Below, piece after piece: positions 1 through 8,687 of a DNA stretch of 20,693 nt (position 1 is the stretch's first letter; each line of letters begins with the position of its first letter). The position numbers were made by a program, and so were the translations under genes. Below the pieces are notes generated by a model that saw nothing but the letters and a program-made list of their open reading frames with translations, searched no databases and was not told the origin of the DNA. Source of the stretch: Promethearchaeota archaeon (GTDB lineage Archaea > Asgardarchaeota > Hermodarchaeia > Hermodarchaeales > Hermodarchaeaceae); contig JBHLPR010000011.1 of assembly GCA_048939245.1 (NCBI GenBank), positions 34,518 to 55,210 of the forward strand. Direction: 5' to 3'.

Positions 1-1407
1 GATGATGGTGATGACATCACACAGCGAGGAAATACTATCTATTTTTCTGGTTGGGTGGAGGACTCAAATGGCATTCGCCAGGGAGGAGTCACCGTTCTCA
101 TTTACTTGAATGGAACCCAAGAGATTTCCACTGTGACCTTGCCCAATGGTTCATTTTTCATTTCCTACCAAGTTGAAACAAACCAACCCATTGGCGTTCG
201 AGAAGTAACTGGAGATATCGTGCATCCGACCTTAATAGTGATTACGAGCAGTGATTACTTCATCCTTAATTCGTCAACCACCATTCAGAATCTCGCAACT
301 GATATTTCTCCAGTGATGCTGGGAGAGACCGTAACCTTGTCAGGTCAACTCGTTGATGACCAAGGAGTTGGTCTATCAGGACAGAACCTCGACATTGAAA
401 TTTCTTACTTAGCTATCTCAATTCCCGTTGGCACAATCATGACTCAGTCTGGCGGCACATTTACATTTGTATTTGTGGTGCCACCGAGTGTACCCGTGAG
501 TGTTTCGACGGTTTCCTTTGATGTCACCTACTCCGGAACCACCTACTATGGACCCAGCATTGATATTGAACCCTTTGATGTATTCTCCAATGCCACAGTA
601 CTAATTGATGTACCACTCGGACCCTATGCTTGGAATGCAAGCATATTGGTCAATGGAACACTTGTTGATAACTTCGGACGCGTACTACCCAACCGAGATA
701 TCCAATTGTTCATTAATGGAACCAGCGGTATTTCCACTGTGTCAAATCAAATTGGCCGAGTGGGTTTTCAGCTCAGATTTGCTCCCTCAGGAATCAATGA
801 TGTAACCTATGCTCTTCAACTCCGACACGAAACGATAATTACCTTTAACTCATCTGTTAGAAACATAATTGTGGAGGCTCAACAACCCATGCAACCACCC
901 CCCCTTCTAACTATTCCCCTTGAATGGATCATTGCAATAGTCGTTATCATTATCATTGTAGTAATAGTCATCCTTGGCTATCGCTACTGGAAACGTCGTC
1001 CCCGTCAACCAACCGCACCATCGATTGATGCGGCTTCGATGTTAACTGCTCTTCGACAACTCTTAACCGAGAAAAAATATCGAGAAGCGATTATCTACGC
1101 TTTTCGAATGTACGAAGCGATAATTCAAGCTAAGCTTGGTATTTATCGTGACCCGAGCATTACGGTTCGTGAGTTTGCTAATGTGACAGTAGCGCATGGC
1201 CGATTGGATTCACGTAATATGGAAGTTTTCATTCGTGGCGTCGAGGAAGCCCGATACAGTGACCACCCCATTAGCTATAACATGGCTCTTTCAACGTTGA
1301 GTGCTTTTGCTAGCCTCTATAACTCCTTGACCGGAGGCAATTTGCGGTTTGTCACGCAAGAACAACAAGAACCCCAATCAGATGCCCAACCAACCGAAAG
1401 CGGCTGA
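1..1407 (+). CDS. 5'-truncated cell-surface protein: tandem ~100-aa Ig-like beta-sandwich repeats, Pro-rich linker, single TM helix and cytoplasmic DUF4129-like domain
   Basis: Frame is open from base 1 (DDGDDITQRGNTIYFSGWVED...). Three similar units: FSGWVEDSNG, LSGQLVDDQG, VNGTLVDNFG. Many N-x-S/T sequons. TM helix WIIAIVVIIIIVVIVILGY is followed by RYWKRR. The C-terminal 'YREAII..Y......PSITVREF...EEARYS.H' pattern matches DUF4129. Lies in a MoxR cluster. Confidence 0.8.
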   Translation, partial: DDGDDITQRGNTIYFSGWVEDSNGIRQGGVTVLIYLNGTQEISTVTLPNGSFFISYQVETNQPIGVREVTGDIVHPTLIVITSSDYFILNSSTTIQNLATDISPVMLGETVTLSGQLVDDQGVGLSGQNLDIEISYLAISIPVGTIMTQSGGTFTFVFVVPPSVPVSVSTVSFDVTYSGTTYYGPSIDIEPFDVFSNATVLIDVPLGPYAWNASILVNGTLVDNFGRVLPNRDIQLFINGTSGISTVSNQIGRVGFQLRFAPSGINDVTYALQLRHETIITFNSSVRNIIVEAQQPMQPPPLLTIPLEWIIAIVVIIIIVVIVILGYRYWKRRPRQPTAPSIDAASMLTALRQLLTEKKYREAIIYAFRMYEAIIQAKLGIYRDPSITVREFANVTVAHGRLDSRNMEVFIRGVEEARYSDHPISYNMALSTLSAFASLYNSLTGGNLRFVTQEQQEPQSDAQPTESG

Positions 1408-2767
1408 AGCGAAAAAACGAAGTAAGTTCATAAACATCCTTGTCTTCTGCTTCGTGTTCGCCATAGCCTGGCTGCCGATTTTCCTGAGCGTTAGCGGAGT
1501 TGGGGGGCTCGATATTCTGCCTTTTTCAATCTATAATTCTCACCCGATTCCAGGCGATGGTTGCTCTGAGCTCGCTCTTGAATTGGAAAATAACGGCTAT
1601 GATGTAAACCCCCTTATTAGCTCCTTAAGCGTAGTAAACAGCATTCCGAAAAATTGTGTCCTATGTATAATCGGACCCACCCATTATTTCTCACTTATTG
1701 AAACTTCAGCACTCTTAGACTTCTTCATTAATGGCGGGAGTATGCTGTTGGTTGACGATTTTGGCTCGGCAAATACCATACTTGACGGACTGGCGATGTT
1801 AATTGTGGACTGGCCAAGGATTAGATTTACTCAGGGTTTGCTTCTTGATGCCACCAATAATGATAATGGAATCCCCTTGTTAGCGTCCATCGAGTCTTTT
1901 AACGACGGAGGACGAATCTTTTCTTCCGGGCATCATGTGGTAATGAACTACGCCACCTCAATTGACGCACCAGCGGGTTCTGCACTTGCTGCATCATCGA
2001 CAAACTCCTGGATTGTGGCAGGTGACGTCGTTAGCCATATTGAAAATGGAGGCGACCCGAATTATATCGCTTACAATGCCACCCGAGGCGACCAACCGGG
2101 TCCCCTTCCGCTAATGGTTGAATTACAAATAGAAAATGGAACCTTGATGCTGCTGAACGACCCGAGCATCTTTATCAACAACATGATTGACCGGGGAACC
2201 AATCGTTTGTTCGCAAATGAACTTTTCACTTATTTAGCCAACCAGGCTAATGCAGATACAATCATTATTGATCACAACCATCTAGGTTGGTCACCGAATT
2301 CGCCAGTTCTATATGTTGGCTTGATGTTAGGACAAATCACCTATGTGTCAACAAATTGGTTGTTAGCACCGTTGGCACCTCTGTTAGCTATTTGGATGGT
2401 TAGACGTTATTTACCGTTTGAACGTCCTGAGAAACAGAAACCGATGGAGATGTATCGATTACGTGGACAAACGATGTTCACCAAAACGTTATACGAATAC
2501 ATTAACACGCATCAATATAACGAAGCACTTGAAATCATCTACGGCCAATTGAAACGCGATTTACGCCGACGACACGGATTACGCGTTTTCGATGTGCCAA
2601 GACTTCTGGTTACCGTTTCTCGCACTCGTCAACCAGGAGATATTGCCCAAATAACAGATGATTTTGAAGTATTAGAAAAAGCGGTCCGTGAATCAAAGCA
2701 AATTAAGCGCGAAGAGTTCTTGGATCTCTTTTTCAAAATTGAAAGAATTCGAGAAAATATTGGGTGA
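1382..2767 (+). CDS. DUF4350-like membrane protein (N-terminal TM, external GATase-like/GIFT-like domain, TM, helical tail)
   Basis: Motifs GGSMLLVDDFGSANTIL and GTLMLLNDPSIFINNMI. Hydrophobic segments near both ends of the soluble domain. Directly upstream of MoxR. ATG 1382 preferred over TTG 1349; start is uncertain. Confidence 0.7.
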   Translation: MPNQPKAAEAKKRSKFINILVFCFVFAIAWLPIFLSVSGVGGLDILPFSIYNSHPIPGDGCSELALELENNGYDVNPLISSLSVVNSIPKNCVLCIIGPTHYFSLIETSALLDFFINGGSMLLVDDFGSANTILDGLAMLIVDWPRIRFTQGLLLDATNNDNGIPLLASIESFNDGGRIFSSGHHVVMNYATSIDAPAGSALAASSTNSWIVAGDVVSHIENGGDPNYIAYNATRGDQPGPLPLMVELQIENGTLMLLNDPSIFINNMIDRGTNRLFANELFTYLANQANADTIIIDHNHLGWSPNSPVLYVGLMLGQITYVSTNWLLAPLAPLLAIWMVRRYLPFERPEKQKPMEMYRLRGQTMFTKTLYEYINTHQYNEALEIIYGQLKRDLRRRHGLRVFDVPRLLVTVSRTRQPGDIAQITDDFEVLEKAVRESKQIKREEFLDLFFKIERIRENIG

Positions 2768-2773
2768 AATGAC

Positions 2774-3745
2774 ATGAGTAGAAGACGAAGACGGAGTGAT
2801 GGAATGTCCATTGCAGAAGTCAGAACCCATGCTACTAACATTCTAGATGAAGTTGGCAAGGTCATCGTGGGAAAACGGAATATTCTCCAAGATATCCTGA
2901 TTGGACTTTTGTCAAAAGGTCATATCCTCCTCGAGGGTGTTCCAGGAATAGCAAAGACGTACATGGCAAACGCCTTTGCACAAACCATTGGATGTGAATT
3001 TAAGCGCATTCAATTTACACCAGACATGCTTCCCGCAGACATCGTCGGGACAAACATCTATGATCCAAATACCGGTGAATTTCGATTACGAAAAGGGCCG
3101 GTGTTTTCAAATCTTGTCTTAGCTGACGAAGTTAACCGTTCGCCGCCAAAGACTCAATCCGCACTTTTGGAAGCGATGCAAGAAAAACAGGTCACAATAG
3201 AAGGGTCAACCTTACCGCTCCCTGAACCTTTCATGGTTCTAGCGACACAAAACCCCATTGAATTGGAAGGAACTTATCCTCTTCCTGAAGCTCAAGTGGA
3301 CAGATTCCTTTTCAAGCTTCATGTGGATTATCCGTCCGATGCGGAGGAAGTTGAGATTCTTCGAAGGAAGCATCAACCGGAAGAGGTGGACTTGGAACCG
3401 GTTGTTGATCCACCTATATTGCTTCAGATGCAGGAGACCACTAAACGAGTCTTTGTTGAGCCATATATCATGTCTTATATCCGCGATGTTGTTGTTCGTA
3501 CACGAAATGATCCGCAGATTCTGGTTGGTGGTTCACCTCGAGCATCTATTGTGTTACTTGATACCTCGAAGGTGCATGCAGCATTGAGTGGGCGAGATTA
3601 TGTGACCCCAGATGATATCAAAGCGTTGGCACCTCACGCGTTGAATCACCGTTTGATTCTCAAACCTGAAGCGGAATTGGAAGGAACTTCGGTCAACGCG
3701 GTCATTGACCGAATTTTAAGACAAATCAGTGCACCAGGAGCGTAA
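2774..3745 (+). CDS. moxR: MoxR-family AAA+ ATPase
   Basis: Walker A GHILLEGVPGIAKT, RIQFTPDMLPADIVG, Walker B LADEVNR.PPKTQSALLEAMQE, ATQNPIE.EGTYPLPEAQVDRF, GGSPRA. An alternative start at ATG 2804 follows GGAGTGA. Confidence 0.96.
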   Translation: MSRRRRRSDGMSIAEVRTHATNILDEVGKVIVGKRNILQDILIGLLSKGHILLEGVPGIAKTYMANAFAQTIGCEFKRIQFTPDMLPADIVGTNIYDPNTGEFRLRKGPVFSNLVLADEVNRSPPKTQSALLEAMQEKQVTIEGSTLPLPEPFMVLATQNPIELEGTYPLPEAQVDRFLFKLHVDYPSDAEEVEILRRKHQPEEVDLEPVVDPPILLQMQETTKRVFVEPYIMSYIRDVVVRTRNDPQILVGGSPRASIVLLDTSKVHAALSGRDYVTPDDIKALAPHALNHRLILKPEAELEGTSVNAVIDRILRQISAPGA

Positions 3746-3751
3746 ATTTAC

Positions 3752-5074
3752 GTGTTCTCTGAACGCGGACGAACAGTCCTTCTCATAGGGATTTTCATCC
3801 TCGTCTCAGGGTTCGCTTTCACCAACTATGGTCTGGTCATTTTAGGAGTCTTTCTTATCATTGGATCAGTGGCGAGTTCCCCTTTTTTCCAATTAACAAT
3901 GCCTGTTGAATCATTAGAGGTAATTAGAGAAATTGATAAACGGAAAATCTTTCAGGACGATTTTCTCCATGTGAAGCTTACGGTTAAAAACACGGGAACC
4001 CATCGAATTGATTCCATTGACGTTTACGATGTATATCCGGAGATTTTTAGACTAGTTTTAGGGAAAAATCGAATTCGAACACGTATCGACCCGAATCAAG
4101 AAGTAAAGTTTTCTTATATTCTCCAAGCCACCTTGCGGGGAAAATTTACTTTTGGACCCACTAAATTTCAGATCCATGACCGGCTTGAATTCCGTTTTGA
4201 AGAAATGTCAGTTGAAAACTTTGAAGAGCTTCTGATTTATCCGAACGTTGAAGAAGTTCGCATAATGGAAAGTCTAGCAAAGAAGCGTAGACTTGGACAT
4301 ATGTTTGGAATTCATAAGACCCGACAAATGAGTTTAGGCACAGATTTTACAGGTATACGAAAATATGAAGTAGGAGATGAATATCGGCGGATTGACTGGA
4401 AGTCCTCTGCGCGTTTGCAAAAACTCATGATGCGGCAGTATGAAACTGAGCGAAATATTCGAATATTCATTATTCTTGATATTGGTTCTACCATGGCCGC
4501 AGGGCGCCCTGAAAATAGTAAATTGGAAGCGGCTATTCGGGCTGCGATGATGTTAGCAAAAACGGCCATGGAAAGGAAAGACCATGTAGGATTGCTAACA
4601 TGGTCAACTAAACAGCACTCATTTCTCAAACCCGGTTTGGGTGATGCTCAGTATCATCGCATGCTTGACTATTTAGCGGAAATTGAGCCAGGCGGGGAAT
4701 TTGATTTAACGGTTGCAGTGGAATACTTAGCACCGCGTATAACGCAACAGAGTTTTTTCATTATCATTACTGATCTTGAATCGAATCGTAAACAATTGGA
4801 AAAGGGCATCAAACTGATTCGTGGTTATAAACATAATGCGATCATTATCCGACCATTTGGCCCCTGGTTCGAAATCGAAGAAATCTACCTTTCTCCTGTT
4901 GAACAAGCTATTGGAGAAGCTATTGTTCACAAATTGCTCGAAGAGCAGTCTCAATTGGCTAAAAGCTTTCAACGGGTAGGCGTATCAATCATTCCAGTGG
5001 GACCGGGTGACTTTCTGCCCACGGTGTTAAGTGAGTACCTGAAAGCTAAGAAACGAAGTATTGCGGTGATGTAA
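3752..5074 (+). CDS. DUF58 / vWA-domain protein with N-terminal TM hairpin
   Basis: GTDFTGIRKYEVGDEYRRIDWKSSAR.....MRQYE.ER is the DUF58 signature. MIDAS-like ILDIGSTM and IIITD. Follows MoxR. GTG start. Confidence 0.92.
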   Translation: MFSERGRTVLLIGIFILVSGFAFTNYGLVILGVFLIIGSVASSPFFQLTMPVESLEVIREIDKRKIFQDDFLHVKLTVKNTGTHRIDSIDVYDVYPEIFRLVLGKNRIRTRIDPNQEVKFSYILQATLRGKFTFGPTKFQIHDRLEFRFEEMSVENFEELLIYPNVEEVRIMESLAKKRRLGHMFGIHKTRQMSLGTDFTGIRKYEVGDEYRRIDWKSSARLQKLMMRQYETERNIRIFIILDIGSTMAAGRPENSKLEAAIRAAMMLAKTAMERKDHVGLLTWSTKQHSFLKPGLGDAQYHRMLDYLAEIEPGGEFDLTVAVEYLAPRITQQSFFIIITDLESNRKQLEKGIKLIRGYKHNAIIIRPFGPWFEIEEIYLSPVEQAIGEAIVHKLLEEQSQLAKSFQRVGVSIIPVGPGDFLPTVLSEYLKAKKRSIAVM

Positions 5075-5094
5075 GAAATGGAGGTGAAAAGTAA

Positions 5095-6360
5095 TTGAAG
5101 AGATATATTCTCTGGATGCTCCGTGGTGTTGCTGTTGCAGCATTCATTGCCTTTGCAGCCATTATTCTCCTAAATTTAGATCCCAACGTATGGCGAGTAA
5201 ATGGTCCTGCAGGTATCTTCACCGCCCTTCTTGACTTTGCTTCAGGACTCCGAAATATCTTAACCCTAATGGTACTCCTTTTCACCCTGGTAGCTGCGTA
5301 CATTAGTGCATTCATCGGATCATTTGTATTTCAACAGCCGATAGATACTCTCGCTCTTTATTATAATGAAGCAATTACAGCGTATTTCCAAGCCTTTGGA
5401 TTTACTCTCTCTCCGTTATTTGCTGATCCAATCAACTACGTTTTTTCCTTTCTTCTCAGTCTTTATTTCTTGTCGTTTTGGATCCTACTTATCATTGCCA
5501 TCGCAGCCGGTGTAATCTCCTTTCTCAGGATTAGTGGGCGCTTGGCTACTTTGTGTTTTGTATCGATGATCGGGCTAGCAATCTTAGGTGCAGCAGGAAT
5601 CATATTGAATATTCCAGGAAGTGAGAATGGGTATTTTCTCCCGCTATATAGCACGGAACCGACCAATGCAAACTTCTTATTATTTTTACAATCAGCTGTG
5701 TTTGGAATTGCAATAGTTAGTTTCATTTACTTGGAAGCCTCGTATCAAGTCGTTTATTTTTATTCGCTGTTAGAACCGCCCACTATACGCGAAGAACAAC
5801 TTCGAAGGCAAATTAGCCAGTTGCAGAGTGATGCACAAAGCCAAGTGCCGATTCAGACCCAAGATATCCCCGTTCCTAAGGCTCTTCAACGAATGCTAGG
5901 ATCTGATGCTTTTCGGTTAATGCGTCAGGTCATTGAAAGAAGACTATTGCGCCGGGAATGGATCGTTGAGCTAAAAGACGTGCACGAGGTGCGTCGATTA
6001 AACAACTTTGTCACACGACTCTACCGAGAAGATCCTGAGGCTGAAGCAGCATTGACTGCACGTGCTTCAACTCCGTCATTATCCCGCATGACCATCTTAT
6101 CAATCGGGTCATCCGTTGTGCGTTTTGTTTTTGTGATTCTTATCACGTATATTTGCATCAACCCTGTGATTTTTCTAGGTCTTCTAAATGCCCCACCAAT
6201 CATCATAGAATCGATAGAATTGCTGTTTTTACCCGAAAAGACTCTGTTGTTCCTTGTACCATTAGCTCTGCTGTTCCCCCTTGTAGCTACAATAATTGGC
6301 TATCTTCGACAGCGTCGTGCACAGCCGGCAGAAGTAGCTACACCGGCATTGACACAATAG
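5095..6360 (+). CDS. Uncharacterised polytopic membrane protein with a charged helical soluble insert
   Basis: 421-aa ORF with a TTG start preceded by strong RBS GGAGGTGA (5080-5087). Roughly 7-9 hydrophobic segments plus an R/E/Q-rich stretch of about 110 aa. No family recognised. Confidence 0.8.
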   Translation: MKRYILWMLRGVAVAAFIAFAAIILLNLDPNVWRVNGPAGIFTALLDFASGLRNILTLMVLLFTLVAAYISAFIGSFVFQQPIDTLALYYNEAITAYFQAFGFTLSPLFADPINYVFSFLLSLYFLSFWILLIIAIAAGVISFLRISGRLATLCFVSMIGLAILGAAGIILNIPGSENGYFLPLYSTEPTNANFLLFLQSAVFGIAIVSFIYLEASYQVVYFYSLLEPPTIREEQLRRQISQLQSDAQSQVPIQTQDIPVPKALQRMLGSDAFRLMRQVIERRLLRREWIVELKDVHEVRRLNNFVTRLYREDPEAEAALTARASTPSLSRMTILSIGSSVVRFVFVILITYICINPVIFLGLLNAPPIIIESIELLFLPEKTLLFLVPLALLFPLVATIIGYLRQRRAQPAEVATPALTQ

Positions 6361-6814
6361 CACGAGATGTGACACTTTCGGCTAGAATCACTTCAACCCT
6401 TGTGATATTAGGAAAACCGGTCAAAAGACTGTCTTTCAATCTCTGACACAGAAATCGAGCAAGCTCTTCTGCCGTCGTTTCAACGATGTCAATCACCACT
6501 ACATCCTTGGAAGGGAAGGAGTAGGTGCCATTTGGGGTTTGGACATGCGTTTGCTGATTCTCTTGGCTAGTCTTGATTAATGCTGATTTAGCAGGTAAAA
6601 GAATGAAATGATCCCATTGTTTACACAATTGCTGAACCCGCTGTTTTAGTATACGAAAATCAATGACCATCCCTTGCGGGTTCAATCCCCCATGAACTCT
6701 AACAGCTACATGATAATTGTGCCCATGCAACTTCTCACAGCTTCCTCCTTCACTAACAAAGTGAGCAGCCGCAAAATCAATACCAGAAACCTCTACAGAA
6801 ATTTGCTTACTCAT
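6338..6814 (-). CDS. queD: 6-pyruvoyl-tetrahydropterin synthase / QueD family (COG0720)
   Basis: FAAAHF, CEKLHGHNY, GMVIDF, WDH and TTAEELA motifs. Start set at ATG 6814 (MSKQISV) because the longer ORF runs through the thermosome terminator. Confidence 0.88.
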   Translation of the reverse strand: MSKQISVEVSGIDFAAAHFVSEGGSCEKLHGHNYHVAVRVHGGLNPQGMVIDFRILKQRVQQLCKQWDHFILLPAKSALIKTSQENQQTHVQTPNGTYSFPSKDVVVIDIVETTAEELARFLCQRLKDSLLTGFPNITRVEVILAESVTSRAIVSMPV

Positions 6815-6837
6815 AGTAAACCCTACTTCCATAATGT

Positions 6838-6898
6838 CGAAAGGAGTAGAAAAAGAATAGGAAAAAAGGAGAAAATAGCGCCCGCACAAGCGGACGCT
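6838..6898 (-). terminator. Putative thermosome terminator: GC-rich hairpin plus pyrimidine tract
   Basis: On the - strand AGCGUCCGC-UUGU-GCGGGCGCU (9 bp, one U-G) starts 3 nt after the stop codon and is followed by about 35 nt of U/C-rich sequence. Confidence 0.7.
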
Positions 6899-6901
6899 GA
6901 G

Positions 6902-8569
6902 TTACATCATTCCGGGCATACCACCCATGCCAGGAGGCATTCCACCCATGCCTGGAGGCATACCACCTGCTCCACCTGGGGGACCAGCACTGCGTTTCGA
7001 AGCGATGACATCATCAATTCGTAGAATAAGTGATGCAGCTTCAGTTGCAGATCGGATTGCATGAGTCTTTACCCGGAGCGGCTCGATTACGCCGGCTTTC
7101 ACCATGTCTTTTGCCTTGCCAGTCAGAATATCAATGCCCATCGTATTCTTGTTGCTTCCATGTTCTGCACGGAGGGCAACTATAACATCAATGGGGTCAT
7201 GTCCGGCATTCTCAGCAAGACTCTTGGGAATGACTTCCATGGCGTCAGCGAATTTGTTTACTGCGATTTGCTCGCGGCCTTTGAGTGAAGAAGCATATTC
7301 TCGAAGATGTGAAGCGACTTCCACTTCGGGAGCCCCTCCACCGGGAACAACTTTGCCATCTTCAACGGCATCTCGAACGACAGATACAGCATCATGGAAA
7401 GCTCGTTCAGCTTCATCAACGACACGTTCTGTGCCACCACGAATGAGTACGCTTACGGTCTTAGGATCTTTGCAACCTTCAACGAAGACCATTTTGTCAT
7501 CCCCGACTTTTCGTTCTTCAACAGTTTCACAACTGCCAAGATCCTTTGAAGTGAGATGATCGATAGTTGATACCACCTGACCTCCAGTCGCACGAGCAAG
7601 CGCTTCCATATCGCTCTTCTTGACACGGCGAACAGCGAGAATACCTGCTTTGGCTAGATGATGTTGAACCTTATCATCGATTCCTTTTTGGGCAAAGACC
7701 GCATTGGCACCGACTTCTTTTACTTTTTCAGAGATACTTTTCAACATACGCTGTTCTTCATCAAGGAAAGATTGCATTTGTTCGGGATTCGTGATTCGAA
7801 TTTCAGCATCCATTTCTGTTTTCTCAACTTCTAGAGAGGCATTCAGAAGTGCGATCTTCGCATCACTTATGCTTCGTGGCATTTCAGAATGGACAATTTC
7901 TTTGTCTATAATGACTCCACGCACTAATTTGGTTTCACGGATTGACCCGCCTTCCTTCTTTTCAACCTTGATATGATCGATGTCAGCGACAATTCCTTCA
8001 GGGTTGACTTCAGTAATTTGTAGCACTGAATCAACTGCAATTGGAGATAAGAACTCCTTTGCTTCTGCAATGAGTTTACTAGCCATTGAAGTATTACAGA
8101 CTTTCAAAAGCGTAGCTCGATCTTTGATTGAGCAGTCGATAGACATGTTATTGAGAATTTCACTAGCCTTGTCAACGGCTTTTCGATAACCTGAGATAAT
8201 TACAGTTGGATGGACGCCTGAGGTGATAAGTCCCATGGCTTGTTTGAGAAATTCGCCGCAGAGGACCACTGCCGAAGTGGTTCCGTCACCTGTTTCCGTG
8301 TCTTGGGCTTTGGCAACTTGAACAAGCATTTTGGCAGCGGGATGCTGAACTTCAATCTCATCAAGGATAGTAGCCCCATCGTTGGTGATGGTGACATCGC
8401 CTAGGCTATCCACTAGCATTTTATCTTGACCACGCGGACCCAAAGACGTGCGTACTGCATCAGCAAGTGCTCGCACTGCCATAATATTGTTTTCGCGAGC
8501 ATCACGACCTCGGGAGCGTTCTGTTCCTTCTTTGAGTATTAAGACCGGCACACCTTGCATTTGTGCCAT
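6902..8569 (-). CDS. ths: Thermosome (group II chaperonin) subunit
   Basis: SLGPRGQDKMLVD, ITNDGATIL, GDGTTSAVV, VRRVKKSDM, VPGGGAPE, LAENAG, ILRIDDVI, and a GGM-rich tail. AGGAGG lies upstream of ATG 8569. The alpha/beta subtype cannot be resolved. Confidence 0.97.
   Translation of the reverse strand: MAQMQGVPVLILKEGTERSRGRDARENNIMAVRALADAVRTSLGPRGQDKMLVDSLGDVTITNDGATILDEIEVQHPAAKMLVQVAKAQDTETGDGTTSAVVLCGEFLKQAMGLITSGVHPTVIISGYRKAVDKASEILNNMSIDCSIKDRATLLKVCNTSMASKLIAEAKEFLSPIAVDSVLQITEVNPEGIVADIDHIKVEKKEGGSIRETKLVRGVIIDKEIVHSEMPRSISDAKIALLNASLEVEKTEMDAEIRITNPEQMQSFLDEEQRMLKSISEKVKEVGANAVFAQKGIDDKVQHHLAKAGILAVRRVKKSDMEALARATGGQVVSTIDHLTSKDLGSCETVEERKVGDDKMVFVEGCKDPKTVSVLIRGGTERVVDEAERAFHDAVSVVRDAVEDGKVVPGGGAPEVEVASHLREYASSLKGREQIAVNKFADAMEVIPKSLAENAGHDPIDVIVALRAEHGSNKNTMGIDILTGKAKDMVKAGVIEPLRVKTHAIRSATEAASLILRIDDVIASKRSAGPPGGAGGMPPGMGGMPPGMGGMPGMM
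6905..6970 (-). repeat. Coding 21-bp tandem repeat (GGMPPGM, about 3 copies) in the thermosome C-terminal tail
   Basis: ccacccatgccaggaggcat / ccacccatgcctggaggcat on the + strand; protein GGMPPGMGGMPPGMGGMPGMM. Confidence 0.8.
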
Positions 8570-8687
8570 GATATTGTTCCTCCTTTGCAATTATTGGTTT
8601 TTCTAGTAGGATGAACTGGTCGGCAATCCTTGCACTGACATAAAAAGCTTACGCCATTTCTGATTGAAATTCCTATTCAAAGTGGTA

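Noticed and set aside
1405-2767. Selenocysteine read-through at the TGA stops of genes 1 and 2
   Set aside because: The stops are at natural domain ends, the next gene begins immediately, there is no Cys-equivalent context, and I saw no SECIS-like element.
6815-6889. N-terminal extensions in the ORF track (queD-like here; also ths, rpl3, rpl4)
   Set aside because: The extensions run through terminator, RBS or leader sequence. Downstream ATGs match family N-termini and RBS spacing.
6905-6970. CRISPR-like or mobile repeat
   Set aside because: It is the coding GGM tail that is normal for chaperonins.
6674-8397. Several antisense or alternate-frame ORFs over the thermosome (and similar ones over rpl, rtcB and tuf)
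   Set aside because: Shadow ORFs of conserved genes with no independent motifs.
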